From NCBI GenBank assembly GCA_017499595.2, contig CM039005.1:2356001-2420000 (forward strand): 64,000 nucleotides of DNA, in the 5' to 3' direction. Source of the stretch: Psilocybe cubensis. Taxonomy: Eukaryota. The notes beneath the pieces are model-generated. The model had not been told where the DNA came from and did not search any database. It worked only from the letters and a program-made list of their open reading frames with translations. The translations under genes and the position numbers were made by a program. Below are positions 12,546 through 25,917 of the stretch, in pieces; within the stretch, counting starts at the first letter, position 1; each line of letters starts with the position of its first letter.

Positions 12546-13519
12546 GGCTATAAGGTAATTAATGTTACCTCAGAAGAGCATCAATTTCGAATCATTTCAA
12601 TTATTGGTGGTACGAATATTGACTGATATTCTTTCTCCTACATAATGGTCTAAATGAACGCATACCTACGCACTTGTGAACCCAAGACCAGTGGTAAAAT
12701 CCCCTGGGATGATGACACAATAATGAAAGTTATGTTTGAAGTTACCCTCTTGTATAATAACGCGGTTATTTCAGTTGAGCATGCCAACAGGTATTTTTTG
12801 GAATGATATATATATATTCCAGCGCCAAATTTATGCCCATCGATGTAATGCATGTAGTTGGCCTTTTCCATTCGTCTCATGTAATATGATAATATACTGA
12901 CATCATGATGCTATTTTGTAGATTATGTTTGAGAGCAAGAAAATTTGAAGATACCATAACACAAACAGGTAGGGACCGACCTACAATTTTGAACTTAATT
13001 TATTACCAGTAATAACCACAATCATATGCTGGACCTTCGCGACGTCAGATTGTGATGACCCATGTCAAAGCTAAGCTGCACCCACTTTTTTCAAAGGACA
13101 GAGGACCGTCGGAGCATAGACGGACCCAAGGAGTAGTTTGTTTGGGGAGGCCTGAACTGAGCTTTCTGCTGCTCGTTTGGTTGAAACGATTAGATGGAAA
13201 TTCTTGTTAAAGATGCCTACTCGTCGGCGTTTCGCATCAGCCGCTACGGAATCTTGTAGCTGCGAGCGGCATTTCAACCTCTACAAAGGGCTATTGGCGC
13301 TGGCGTTAGGCGCAAATCTGGTTCCGTATGCTATCTGTTTTCAAGATACTAGTGATCGCGTCATACTCAGTACTGGAACATGGAGCACCAAAGAGTATCT
13401 ATCGTCCGAGAAGTCATGGATATATTTACAAATACACCTAGTCGTACATCAATGTCGTGACTATCTCAGAGATCCCTTCAGCCTGCACATAGCTCGTGTT
13501 AACGCTCAGGAAACGTCTC

Positions 13520-14238
13520 TCAGTCCAGATCGTCATAGTATTCCCTCTCAAGGAGATTAGCTTCGTCGAACTCACGGCGGTACTGTTGGTAGTGTTCGTA
13601 ACCTCTGTGTGCAGCCTTTCCAGCCCGGATACCATTTTTGACAAGTTTGCTACAGAAATGAGGCAGAATGTAAGCTTCAGAATAGAACGTATGAAAGATG
13701 AAACGCACGCAGCAAAACCAAGTCCGAAAGGAGCTCGCTCTTCGAGGTCGTCGAGGAGCTCACGGCTTGCTAGATCAAACTCTTCCTCGAACTGGCGTGC
13801 AGACAGCTCTTCATCCAAGGCACGCCTGTGGTGGCGGTTGTTCCTGTTGTTGTTCCTGTTGTTCTGAGCGTTTTGCACATGGTTGTGGGCTTTGTGGGCT
13901 TCCTTGCCCAATTTGACGCCGGTTTTGACTAGTTTACTATTTTTTTTTCATCAGTAAATACATCGAGGGAGTTTAGCCATAGAAAACGTACAAGATGGCG
14001 CCAAAACCGAATGGGTCACGCTCTTCAAGATCTGTAACGACATCACGGCCAAGGATGTCGATCAAGTCCTCGCGAGTGACGATGACGTCGTCAGAAACAT
14101 CGCGCCTATAGTAATTTATCAGAAACTAGGTTCAACATGACAAAGGGAGAATGGGACATACTCAAACTGCTGGGTCGCAGCAAGGGCGGGAACAACAAGA
14201 AGGGTAGCAGCAACAACGGTGGTAGCGAGTCTGACCAT
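13520..14238 (-). CDS. Secreted Kex2-type-processed repeat precursor (182 aa) carrying two cationic amphipathic peptides
   Basis: Exons 14238-14162, 14105-13992, 13936-13709 and 13649-13520 splice in frame. They encode signal peptide MVRLATTVVAATLLVVPALA, acidic spacers ending LEER, cores DPFGFGAIFKLVKTGVKLGKEAHKAHNH...HHRR and APFGLGFAAKLVKNGIRAGKAAHRGYEHYQQYRR, and an acidic tail. Confidence 0.85.
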
Positions 14239-16292
14239 TATGATTGAAGAGAGGAAAATGTAGAATTGAACGTAAATTGATTAGATTGGAGGAGTTGGAA
14301 AACGCGCCAGGCGATATCGATATGTGAGATGAAGGGGGATGAGACCAGCTGAAGAGCCATACCGGGAGTTCCTGAGGTTTTATATAATTATCCAGACCCT
14401 GAACGTTGCCAATTCGGGATCGTCATGGAACACCGGCACTGCATCATGCCATCAACTATTCAAATCAGATTGATATGAAAATTCTTGACATGCTCCACGA
14501 AACGATCAAGGCGCATTCTTATTAGAGCGGAATCGCAAATACGAGCCGACAGATCCTGGTAGAGCAAACCTGCTGGGGTTGAACGAATGAACCGATTGTT
14601 GGTTTTGAATGCGATTAATGCATGCAAATGCATGATTCTGTGGTTACAAGAGCGTTGTTTGCAGTCAAAATAAATCGCATTTTACGTCGGAGTTTTCTTT
14701 CTAGCTTTAAGAATCTCTGTCATTTACACTTTCACGTAAAAATACTTCGGAATGGCTTGCCATGGTCAACCGAGTTCCCTTAAGCAGCATGACCGTATAG
14801 GAACTCTTAATCCACTCAAAAGTTGAAGGTAGATGAAACTGACAATTGAGCTTTAAAATACCAACGAATAGCCTCTTACTCTTGGGCGTGTTATCTCGTC
14901 ATAGATAGCGACGATCCATCAAGCGCACTGCATAGCTGTAAATTTGTAGATCAGTGGTTATGGCTGCAGGTAGTTGGGTCACTTTAGGCTTGTAAAAGGC
15001 GTCGAAGTAAAATTAATTTGACACACACGGACACGTCGTTTCCATCATGACCCTCAAATTCTTTCTCACTTTCTTGTCGTGTGCATTGCCAGTGGTCAAC
15101 TTGAAACACAACAGGGATTGAAGGTTCACATATTATTAGCACAAACGATGCCGTCGATGATCCGGAGATAAAATGGGCAAACAGCCGAAAACGCGACCTT
15201 TGCGAGGCGGTGCACGGTGCAGCACCATGGGCGATGAATAGCCGAGGAAAGAGCCCATAGCATCTAGAACCAATAGCAGGAGAGTATTGTCCGCGTATAC
15301 CGCTGCAAGTGACTATGGTCTGTGAAATGCTTGTAACAGCGTCATTCCAGGGAACTATGAGAGCGCTCGCCGGCAAGGATGTATGTAATTGCAAGCGAGC
15401 ACGATACGGTCCTTTGATAGCCTAGGAGCTGAGGTAAGTGAATGCTAAGCTTATGCTCGCCGTTGGGCGGCTTTGGTATCGACCAAATATCAGCTGGCTA
15501 GTCGCGCGCTACAACAAGGCAACGAAATACCTCAGGTAAAGTTGTGATGGCGGCCATCGCAAAGTGGCAGCTTTCTGGCAGCTGAACAAACTAAAATATG
15601 TAAACCAGAAATAAGATTTTCACCGAGTTGCAATCACACAGGGTTTTGCAGTCGGCAAAGAATATTCTGCGAAATTGTCTAGGCACTGTCGCAGACTTGC
15701 GCCAAAGGTGTGTCGGAGGTCAGGCAGACATTGAAATAGTGAACATCATGATAATCCAACGTGCTCTATGGTTAAGAGCAGGTTAAGGTGTTTGAATCAC
15801 ATATAACCTTTTCGTTGAAAACATGCATCTTACAGACGGAGAAATTTCCGCTGAGGGGATTGACCGTTTTAAACTGCAAATAGACGCGGATTTGAGGATC
15901 AAACTTTGAAAGTGAAGAAACAAACGCTTACCTAATACCTTCGTCCTTCGGATAAATATCTGACTCTGGAATGCGTTAGATAGAAAATTCTCTCGTCTTA
16001 CAAGCCTGGCAAGACATACAAACTACAAGATCATGATTAGAAGAAAAAACAACAACAAATTAGCAGACGAAGTCAGTGCGCGGATCGCAGATGTCGTATC
16101 GCAAGAAGGGGAAGGACAACAGGCCGCTGTAACGCTCGGTGTCGCAAGGCTCCTCGGGGACCAACAATCCAACACCCGTGATCCACCCATCTCATTTTTA
16201 CATCCCCAGCTCGAATAAAACTCGTCCAAAAAGGCAGTCCAGTCCAACCGCCCTTTGATGGCAGGGAATGACGATCAGCTGGATTCAAGGGA

Positions 16293-16964
16293 TCAGAATC
16301 CTCGTCCTCGGCCGCGTCCACCTCTGCCACCACCACCACGTCCACGCCCACGATCTCCACCGCGGCCTCTTCCACGGCCTCTGATATCCTCCTTTTTTCG
16401 TCCCTTGGGTTTGGGAGCATCATCGACCAGCAGAGTATCAAGAGGCAGGGCATCAGGAAGGATGAAGTAGCGGATGTTGTTTCCACGAATGGATAGTGAG
16501 TCCAGAGAAACGGGATCGCGATTACGCGTCGTCATTTTCACCGTCTTGAGATACGTGTTCATCTGCATATCAACACCTGAATTGAAGGATACAAACTAGC
16601 CATCGGTACTTTGAAAAGGACGCGCCAATCGAAGTCATGCATACCAGTGATTGTTCCATGAACAACAGATCCATTTTTCAGTTCTATCGTCACTGTTTCA
16701 TTGTTCAGCTTCATCAAAAATCTAGGGAAAGCACGAATCAGTATGAATTGTTATAACATGCATCCATGCCGCGCGATCGAAGTCCAGGGAGACGTTCAGA
16801 GTATGCGATAATGAGTGGTTTTTGCAGTTAATTCCCCCACTTCGTATAGCCCATAATCCATCGTAGCGAGATTAAGATAAACGTCCGCAACGAAAACACC
16901 CTCTGCATCCAGAGTTCAAAGCGAAAATGAATGTGATTGCTAGCACTTACCTGACGAGCTTCAT
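16293..16964 (-). CDS. SMD1: Small nuclear ribonucleoprotein Sm D1
   Basis: [44 protein letters not shown]...[13 protein letters not shown]...LLVDD with a C-terminal RG-repeat tail. Confidence 0.95.
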
Positions 16965-17208
16965 GATGAGTACTAGAGGCTTTGGCCTTCTTTAATTGAG
17001 GAAAATGTTGATATGTGCACCAGGCTACCTATACAAAGCCTGTGGGGTCCGTTGAAGGGCAATAATGGCTGAGAGTCGGCGGTGATGTTGGGCACGAAAA
17101 GAACGTTGTCGTAACGCTTTGTCACATATGTCACGCGTTGTCTTTCCTGTTTCGGACAACAGAAACCTGCTCAACTTTCACATTCCAACTCGTTCAGTTT
17201 CGAACTCA

Positions 17209-19641
17209 ATGTCGTCGATTCAGGAGGAAAAAGACAGCATAAATCATTCTCCGATACATATTGAGGTAACTAAGATACAATTGCTTGTCAAATTCGTTCG
17301 AAGCTGCCTACTTCAAGCAGAAACAATCAAACACCAGGTCCAACTCCCTGCCAAATCTGCCAAGCAAGTTATGGGATATTAAAGATACATTCAAATACGC
17401 CCCGCCTAAACCCGAGGGAGATGCATGGGCTCTGCTGTTAGACCCATTGATTAAGAAGGACAGAGTTCAATGTGATGCTTGGAAAGACGAAGTACAGAAT
17501 TTGCTCATTTTCGTGAGTGTACATCTCTGAGTCGCAAAGGCGTGAATTAACCCCGTCTTCCTTATTAGGCTGGACTGTTTTCTGCAGTTGTTACCACTTT
17601 CATCGCTGAATCGTACAAAAACCTGCAGGCGGACCCCAATGATACCATTGTTGGCCTTCTTTCCCAGATAGCTTCGCAAACGGATCGCTCTCTCAATACA
17701 ACAACGGTCAAATGGGAGCCTGCAAACTCTTTTGTACCCACCTCATCCTCTATTCGGGTCAACGTTTTTTGGTTTATAAGTCTCGTTCTCAGCTTGGCCA
17801 CAGTTGTTATTGGCATTGTCTCTCTACAATGGCTGAGAGAGCATCAAGCATATGAATCCGACCTTTCTTCACGGGAGAAATATGCATTATACAATATGCG
17901 AGCTGATGGTATAAAAAAATGGCACGTTGACAAAATTTTCACCTCCTTGCCACTATTACTACAGTCTGCTCTGGTCCTCTTCTTGGGAGGAATCATCGAC
18001 TTTCTCCATGCTATTGGATACTGGGCCGTCACTATCCCTGTTGCTGTTGTAATTTCTTTCATCTTGCTGTTTCTTATCGCTACGACACTTCTCCCTTGTC
18101 TCCAAGTGCTGTCCCTCTACGTCTATTTTCCACGCAGGAATGGTACAGTCCCAAAGTTTGTTGCTCCACCGAGTCAGTGCCCATACAAATCACCACAATC
18201 CCATGCAGTGCGACGGATATTTATTTCAGTTGCACAACTATATGATAGGGTTGCAATGTTACATATCCCAAGGCTTCTTCACCAAGTTATGCATTACCTT
18301 AGGAAACCTTTCACCAGGTCTGCTCCCTTTCAGCCTGGTTACTACTCCTTTCACCCTTTTACAGTCTACCTTGGACACGCTGCCCGTTCGCATTGGTGGG
18401 GCTGCTTTGATCTAGCGTGGCTGAACATACGAGACGCCTATATGCGACGTTTATTTGGTCAACAACTCGATTTTGGAGGAATGTTGGGCCAGGAGGACTA
18501 CCAGATTTTTCCAACTTATGACATTGTGATGGGGTTGCTTTCTCAGAATGACGAAAAGTCAACTGCGATTCCGGCCTATCACTGTTTCGACGAAATATCA
18601 TTGATGCGCGATAATCAACGCTGGTACCGTCAATATGTGTATTTGTACCGCCTTGTGGCAAATGGCTTTGAACTCGAAGACGATACTTGCTTGGCGGATT
18701 TTTCTCTATGACTAGCGCCCTCTACCCCCATCAAACGGCCTACTCCAGCCTTCTTCGTCAACAAAATCTTTTCGCCTTTGTTGGAGGTTATAAAAGCTAC
18801 AGACGCATTGAACTATTTACAAAGCATTCATTTGAACTGAGTTTACAGTTAATGAAGTATTATCTTCGGGAAGAAAATGGGCTACGCAACGCCAAGCTTG
18901 GGGAACAAAAAATCCCTGAGTGTTTTAAAATCCAGGGAGGCTACTATTCGTTATCTCTAGAAAGTCCAGACGGTATGGTTTCCGAGCAATGAACACTTTT
19001 CTATTTCCCTAATTGATGATTATACAGCTCTAGAGTTCTCGTTGCAATTTGGAGAGGTTGCGCTGTTAATGTTGCGCCGGCTCGAGACGTACGGCAACAT
19101 AAAGGAAACCACTCTATCTGCTTCTTCTATCCAACAACACCAGTTAGCAGATTTTATGTCACTTATAGGAGTCCTCAGCAGTCAACGGAAATTTATTCTC
19201 GGTAGAATGCAAAAAGATTCTCGCCAACCCGCTACTGAGCCGGACATCTTTACATCAATCCTTTCTTTCTTGGAGGAGCATTTGACAAGCAAGGTGTTGG
19301 AAATGATGTCGGCCCCAGCATCGTCTGACCAGCACCATCACCCGAGTCTGCTTTTTTACTTGGCTGCGCTTTACTGTGAGAGTGTCATGATTGATGATCT
19401 GCGCCAGTGTAAATCGCTGCTCGCTGCGCTTTGCATATACAAGGAGCTCACCATAGACAAAGGTCTGTCTGACCCGGCCATCGAGGCGGCGTTGAGCGCG
19501 CGACGCGTTAGTTTTTGGCTTGACATCGGGGAGCCCTTTTCGGAAGGGTGGTGGGATCATTTCATGGGTCAAGTTCAAAAGGCGTCTGCTGAACTGGGGG
19601 TTGATGATCCGGAGTCGACTGGGCAGTATGGATTTGCTTAG
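17209..19641 (+). CDS. DUF6535-type N-terminal transmembrane protein (possible frameshift near 18700)
   Basis: 'CDAWKDEVQNLLIF-AGLFSAVVTTFIAESYKNLQ...IRVNVFWFISLVLSL...LQWLRE...LPLLLQSALVLF' matches this agaricomycete family from memory. Introns near 17266, 17513 and 18973. The reading frame changes at about 18690-18715. Confidence 0.7.
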
Positions 19642-20573
19642 AGCTCTTATGATAGCTGTTACTGGCACGAGAATTACATTGTTAGCAGGAGAATTGTAAG
19701 TTATTCAGAGAATTTGGCTGCCTCCTCCTTTGCAATTTGACGGCCTTTTTCCTTTGAAGAACGACCAATATGCTTACCAAGGAACGAGATTCGACTAGTC
19801 ATTAATAATCGTCAATTCTCGGTCTCGCTCAATTGGAGACACAGTCAAACTGGGCTTGACATTTGTTGGACAATATTTTTAGCCTTCCTGTCTGTGGGCA
19901 TGCGTCGAGGCTCGTAATGTCAACCGTCCAGAGTCATGGGGAATTTAAAATCGCAGTATAAGTACAGCTTTTGTTGCGCTCTCTGCATCGGTCTGTTACC
20001 TAGAAAGTGTACCGCTCCTAGACAGACTTCGATATGATGTGACACGTTTGGGGGAAGTGGCGTTCAATCGGCAGACACGGCATGGCATTTTTGACATCTC
20101 GCCTAATTTCACCCCTCTGGATTTTACACTGACCACGCTCTACGTACTCGTTAGAGGGTTATAGATTCCCGCTTCTCGAGGCTTCTACGGATTGATAACC
20201 AACCAGAAAGGTGTTAGACACAGAAATTCCCTTGTTTTTTTTCATCGCTTCTATCGAGGGCTATATCATAGTACTCCCAAGTACTTAAGTCTCACAACAG
20301 TTGGGTGCTACCGCGCCAGGCTGCTCTTCACACGCCGAAGTCAAGTTGTTTTTGGATTTTTGGGGCATGAATTATGAATAGACCCCAACATTTCGGCATG
20401 AAAAATTTATGGTAGCATAGGTTTCTGAGATATCGGACTCAGCAAAGAACATCTGCAGCTGGGTTACCGTAGATACGACGATCTTCTTCACCCCCAAAAA
20501 CATGTACGTGTTCAAACTCCTGTTGCGTTTTTAGAAAATTACGACTGATGGTTACAAATTCCACAATCAGATA

Positions 20574-23178
20574 ATGTCTGTAAATACAACCTCAACTGCA
20601 GATCCTTCAAAGGCTACAGACATTCGCACGTTAACCATTTCAGGTATTCAAAATGTCTCTGGGCTTCTACCGCTCTTGGGTACAGAGCAATGTGAAGAGC
20701 ATGTCACCAGCACCTTAGACCGTGGATTTCTTTATGCTGCTGGGGCACCTATGTCGATGTTTGGAAGCTTAGGCATCATCAAAGCCGGGTTTATTGCATT
20801 CTGGATTTCCATCGATAAGTCGCCACTACACGGTCCACGACTGTTAAAAAATGCAGGGTTTTCCTCAAAGGGGGTTTTGGGAAAGCTGGCGTATGCTATG
20901 GACACCAATGACAGCATCTGCGTCGCAGAAAATGACATACGTTCCATTCTCCAGTATTATCCAAGCATTGAAGTGCGCGTTAACATCCTGTGTTGGCGAT
21001 GGATCCGGTGGAATCTCCTCTTGTCGTTTTGCACAGTCCTGTTGGGATCTTTGGGCTTGTTATCCTTTGTGGACATCATTAAATCCGATATAGCTCGCCG
21101 CCCATTTTCTCAGAATTGGATGTATCCTGTGCTACGTGTCTACGGCTCTGTGGTTGTTTCAATTGTAATCCAGTTGGTTATTCAACTTCGGATACTGGTG
21201 GTTGTACACGACCGAATTCGATTCCATGCCATGAACATTTGGTTTCAAAGAAATGGGAGATTGCCTCCCCATACGTGGAATCCAGAGTCCAGAGCAGCAG
21301 AAAGCTTATCGGGGACCCGGCACGATATATTAGCTGGTATGTCCTTTTTTCTGCTAATTTCTCTCTGTTATGCTCATTAGATTACACAGGTAATCGAAGC
21401 AAAACAGCTAATCAACCTTCAGTCGGAGTCAGCAGTTCAGACAATGCTTCTTTGAACTCGAATACAGTACCAGACTCCGCTGCAAGTCTAGAAGAAGTAT
21501 ACTGGAAAGGACTTGAAGAAACCGTCGGTGCAACCTGGTCCTTTAGCTCATTTGACAAGGACCTCTTAGTGACCAGCAAACGTACTGTGCTCAGTAAGAT
21601 CATCAACAGGGTGTCTGTCCCCACACTGCTGCTTGGGGCATGCCGCATTCTTCTACTGGGTGGAATCTGTGCTGCCGGTATAGGCTATGTTGGTTGCTTT
21701 GGTCTTATCCAGTCTAAGGCCAGCAACTTGAATGATACCCGCGGTCCAGGGATTTGGCTTGCAGTAGAGGCGGCCTTGTGCGTCGTCCGTCTAGCCGTAT
21801 GGGCTTCCAATCCCCTCTTTGACGATCCTCCGCCTCCAATTGCCATTCAGAAGAAAGAAGACAGGGCAAAGGTTACCTATGAAATTGGGTGGACACTGGG
21901 GGATGTGACTGTTGATAGCATGCATGCTGTCATTATTGGAATTAATAAGACTGAGTTCGTCGGCGAGGTTAATGAGCTTTCTTTTGCGGAAAGCGACGCA
22001 GAATCGGTTGCAGACTTCCTCAAGAACAGCTTTGCGGTACCCAATCACCAGGTAAAACTGCTGCTACATGCAAGTTCCAGAGACATTGAGGACGCTCTTC
22101 AAGATCTAGCGACGGATCGGAACATAGGACTCGGCGCATCCATTGTTATCTATCTCGCGTGTCACACCAAGTTCTCGAAAGCGGGAGAGGGGGAAGAGGA
22201 CTCCCTGGTGTTTGTCACCACAGATTTCACCGCAAGCCGACCCGAGTCGGGACTTGATTACAAAAGACTGCTTCAATTAATCCAAAACATATCCGATAAT
22301 AAGGGAAATAATATAGTAAGTCATCAATCTGCGCAAATCCATTATCAAATTATTAGACGAATAACTATCTTGAAGACAGTTATTTTAGACACATGCCATG
22401 CTGGTCGATTTGGGAGACATTCCGAACATGATACTACTAGATCTCAAACCCCCCCTTTCCCGACTCGTAGGCCCAAGCCCACAGAACCAGTGAACGAAAA
22501 CGAGAACCAAACGCAACTGGCGGACACATCCAAAGAAATCAACCACACCAGTCGTAAGCTATCAAGAGCAATGCCAATAAGGAGAGAGATGGAAAAAACG
22601 ACTATTAGTACGTATTCATCCTTCGCAAAATCACCCACTACCAAAGCCCCCACTGCAGCATTTCTAACCCTGCGCTAAATCTTAATTGAACTCCAGAATA
22701 CCTCATCGGATACCCATCACATGTGCTCATGGCGGCCTCATCAGAAAGTCAGCCTGCGTTAGAAATGCACAGACATCCATCAGACCCAAAGTCACAACAC
22801 GAGGGTGGTCTGTTCACCGGCGCCCTGTTGCACCACCTTGGCAAAATGACGAGCGCGCAGGCCAAGCACACAACCTACCGCACCCTCATCGACGATATCC
22901 GCAGGGACCTTGAAAACAGAAATATGTAAGTTTGTTATTCCTCGACCTATGATTCGACGCAAAGTGAAGAAATGGTTTGTTGTGCTTTTGTTACTAGTCA
23001 GATGCAGACCCCAATTGTGTCGGGGATTTATCAGAATAGACTTCTTTTCAATGGGCTGCTTGCGAATAAGCGGACTTATGACGATGCTTCCCCGGAAGAG
23101 GGTAGTATTATATTTATCACGGCTGGTTCAGCCACGGCAGAAAATGACCCTGATTCTCCTGGAAAGGCCGAAGCCTGA
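20574..23178 (+). CDS. Multi-pass membrane protein fused to a C-terminal caspase-like (peptidase C14 / metacaspase-type) domain
   Basis: Several hydrophobic helices, then HAVIIGIN...L...ESDAESVADFL, IVIYLACH (His), TVILDTCHAG (Cys), HVLMAAS and GGLFTGALL...TY..LI...QTP, the p20/p10 layout of C14 peptidases. Confidence 0.75.
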
Positions 23179-23758
23179 GGAAGGGCGCCTTGATACACTT
23201 GCAGGAAAGCGAAACGGATGCGAGGAAAGTGGAATGGGAACAGTAACTCGAGCCGTAACAATAAACAAAACAGTTCCCTAGATTAGTTGGAAACATAGGA
23301 AGTAGTTTTGAGATTATTGCTTTACTAGCTGTTGTCGATCCCAATCGATTTTTGAAAGCTATCACGGGCGCTTAAGGTGTGCGAGCAGACCAGGAAATGA
23401 TCCCAACTAAATTTCTTAGCCACAGATGGCACCGGAGAATGTTGGGTTGAAACTTGAAAGCAACCGTAGTCTTCTTGCTAATTACAGCATGTAAAAACCG
23501 TTCAGCTCTAACGCTCGCGAAGGTTCGAACTCCGCCTACATATCGCTGTCGCGAGTTACTACACAACCAAGGAAATGGCGAAAACCAACAAAAGATGCCA
23601 AGAAAAAAGCAATATAAGCGAATTTTTTTTTCGCATTGTACTGTACTGTACTCAAACTCGTAATACATTCGTACAATCCCTATTCACCTCCACCTCTTTC
23701 ATATGAATCTACATACACAGACAACCGCAACCGCAACTGAGGGAATGCAAGAATGGAT

Positions 23759-25391
23759 CTACTCCTCGTCATCCTCATCACCCGACACCTCGGCGTTCTC
23801 CTGGCCAGCTTTGGCCATGAGCTGCGCGAGATCGTGTTCTTCCGTTTCGGAAACGGCTTTGGGCTGTCAAAAAGTGAGTTGGAAAGATGTCAGATGAATT
23901 TTACGGAGATATAAAATAAAATAAAAGTGCAGTGGGAAAAGTGATAGACGGAGGGGGATACGTGGAAATAATATGGGGAAGGAAGGGAACGTACCTTCAT
24001 CTTCACAATCAGGCTTCCGCCCTGCGCCTCGATTGAGCCTTGGATAGACTCGATAGCGCGTTCCAGCCGCTCCACCGCGGCATACTGTAATCAAATCAAA
24101 TCAAAAAAAAAGTCAGTAACCACATTAACATAATCGACGAATTGTGATATATAAATTCCAAAAAAACCGGACGAACCTTATCAGTTGCGTTCGTGCTGAG
24201 GACGTACAGCGGCGGCGCGACGAGTTTGGCTTTGATCGGCACGGCGTCTGTGCTCTGCTTCTCGCCCTTGCGCAGCGCACGCTTGATGGCGTCGATCCCT
24301 GCGGGCGTGTAGCATGTGAGCTCGATGTCGGCACGCAGTTTGATGGGCTGTGGTGTGAGGCGGCGCGCGATGGTGGCGAGCAGGATTTGAAGGGTTGATG
24401 GGGAGAGGGGCGGGGAGAGGTGTGCGAAGACTGTGTTGGGTTCGCTAGGGAGGGGAAGGAGTTAGTACAGTTTGGAGACAGTTATGGTTTGTGATCGTAT
24501 GATGTGGTGTATGAAACGATCTGGCAATAAGAGGGAGAAGACTCACGTCAGAGCCAGTTTGAACGCATCGTAGGGGTGGCCATAGATCTTGCCGAGCGGC
24601 CATGCGACCTGATCGTACAGCTGCTCGAGCTTCTCGTCCTCGTTGCCCCCTGGCCCACCAGCATCATGCTCCGCCGGCGCCACACCGCCGTCCTCTTCCT
24701 GCGCGGCCTGGCGCGCCTTGCGTGCGCTGCGCTTGCTCTCCTTCTCCTTTTCCGCGGAGGCCGGGGTGGGAGGCGGGGCGTCGGCGGTGGGGGAAGCAGC
24801 GTCGGAGGAGGAGCCGTAGAGAGATGGGATCTTGGATGCGACGTGGCGCAGGATGGAGGCGACGGTTTTGGATTTGAGGTAGCGCTCTTCGCACTTGACG
24901 ATGTCTTCTGCGTTGACACGGCGTTTGGAGAGATCAATGTATCCTGTGTGGGTTTTTTGTATGTTTCGTCGGGTTTGTATTTGGTTTTGTGATTGAATAT
25001 ATTTTGTTTAGGGTGGAAGCGAACAAAAGAAGAGGAAAAGATAGAGATCAGTGGGTGGTTTGGAGAAATGAAAGTGTAACGCACCCTTTTCTTTATCAAC
25101 ACGGAGAACGACGACGACTTCGTTTCTGCCTACACGGATGAGTTTCTGCACGGAACGGATGCGACGACGGGAAAGCTCAGAGAGGAGAATCATTCCCTCT
25201 GTGTTGTCGTATTCGAGCTGTTCATTTCACAATCAATACCATGGCTTCGATTTGCACCGTAATTTTTTTCACAGCAGCGGCCAAGGGACCAGACGCACCA
25301 GCTTGACGTAGGCGCCCATCTCCGCAATCTGGCGGACCTGGACCATGACGAGCTCGTCGACCTCGGGGTACCTTTGTTCGTAGTACCGCAT
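23759..25391 (-). CDS. SUI2: Eukaryotic translation initiation factor 2 subunit alpha
   Basis: [46 protein letters not shown] (Ser51 site), [18 protein letters not shown] and LVAPPLYV. Multi-exon, with a low-complexity insertion. Confidence 0.95.
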
Positions 25392-25917
25392 TGTGGATTG
25401 TGTTGGATGGGATGTAAGATGAGATGCTGGGCCAAAAGATTATCGCCCAGACCGAAATCTGCGCTGACCCTAACCCTAAGTTGACAAACACGGACTTGTC
25501 ATCATCGATGAAATCAACGCTATTTCAGGAGCGTCGCAGTCTATTCGTGCTCGCTCGCTCGGACATTTATGTATACGTGGAAAGCGGAATACGCAGAAAG
25601 AAAGGATATCCACATGTACAGCGACACTTGTGGGCAAGAAGCAGCCATTTCGGATCTACAGAGGGCGACTGCGCAGAGCGAAGACGAGGACAGACGCGTG
25701 CCCGGGGATAAGAATACAGAAGAGAGTACCTATGACCATATAATACATTTTTACAGGACATTTCCCGAGAAAAACAGAATAAAGCGAGGTCAGGAGGGGC
25801 GGCGGCGACATACTGGGGGACGCTTACGTGATTGGCACGTGCCCTTTTGTCAGTTTTGCAGTCTTTTCTTGGCGGGGCTAATACTACGACCACTGAACTC
25901 TGACCACAACGACCACG

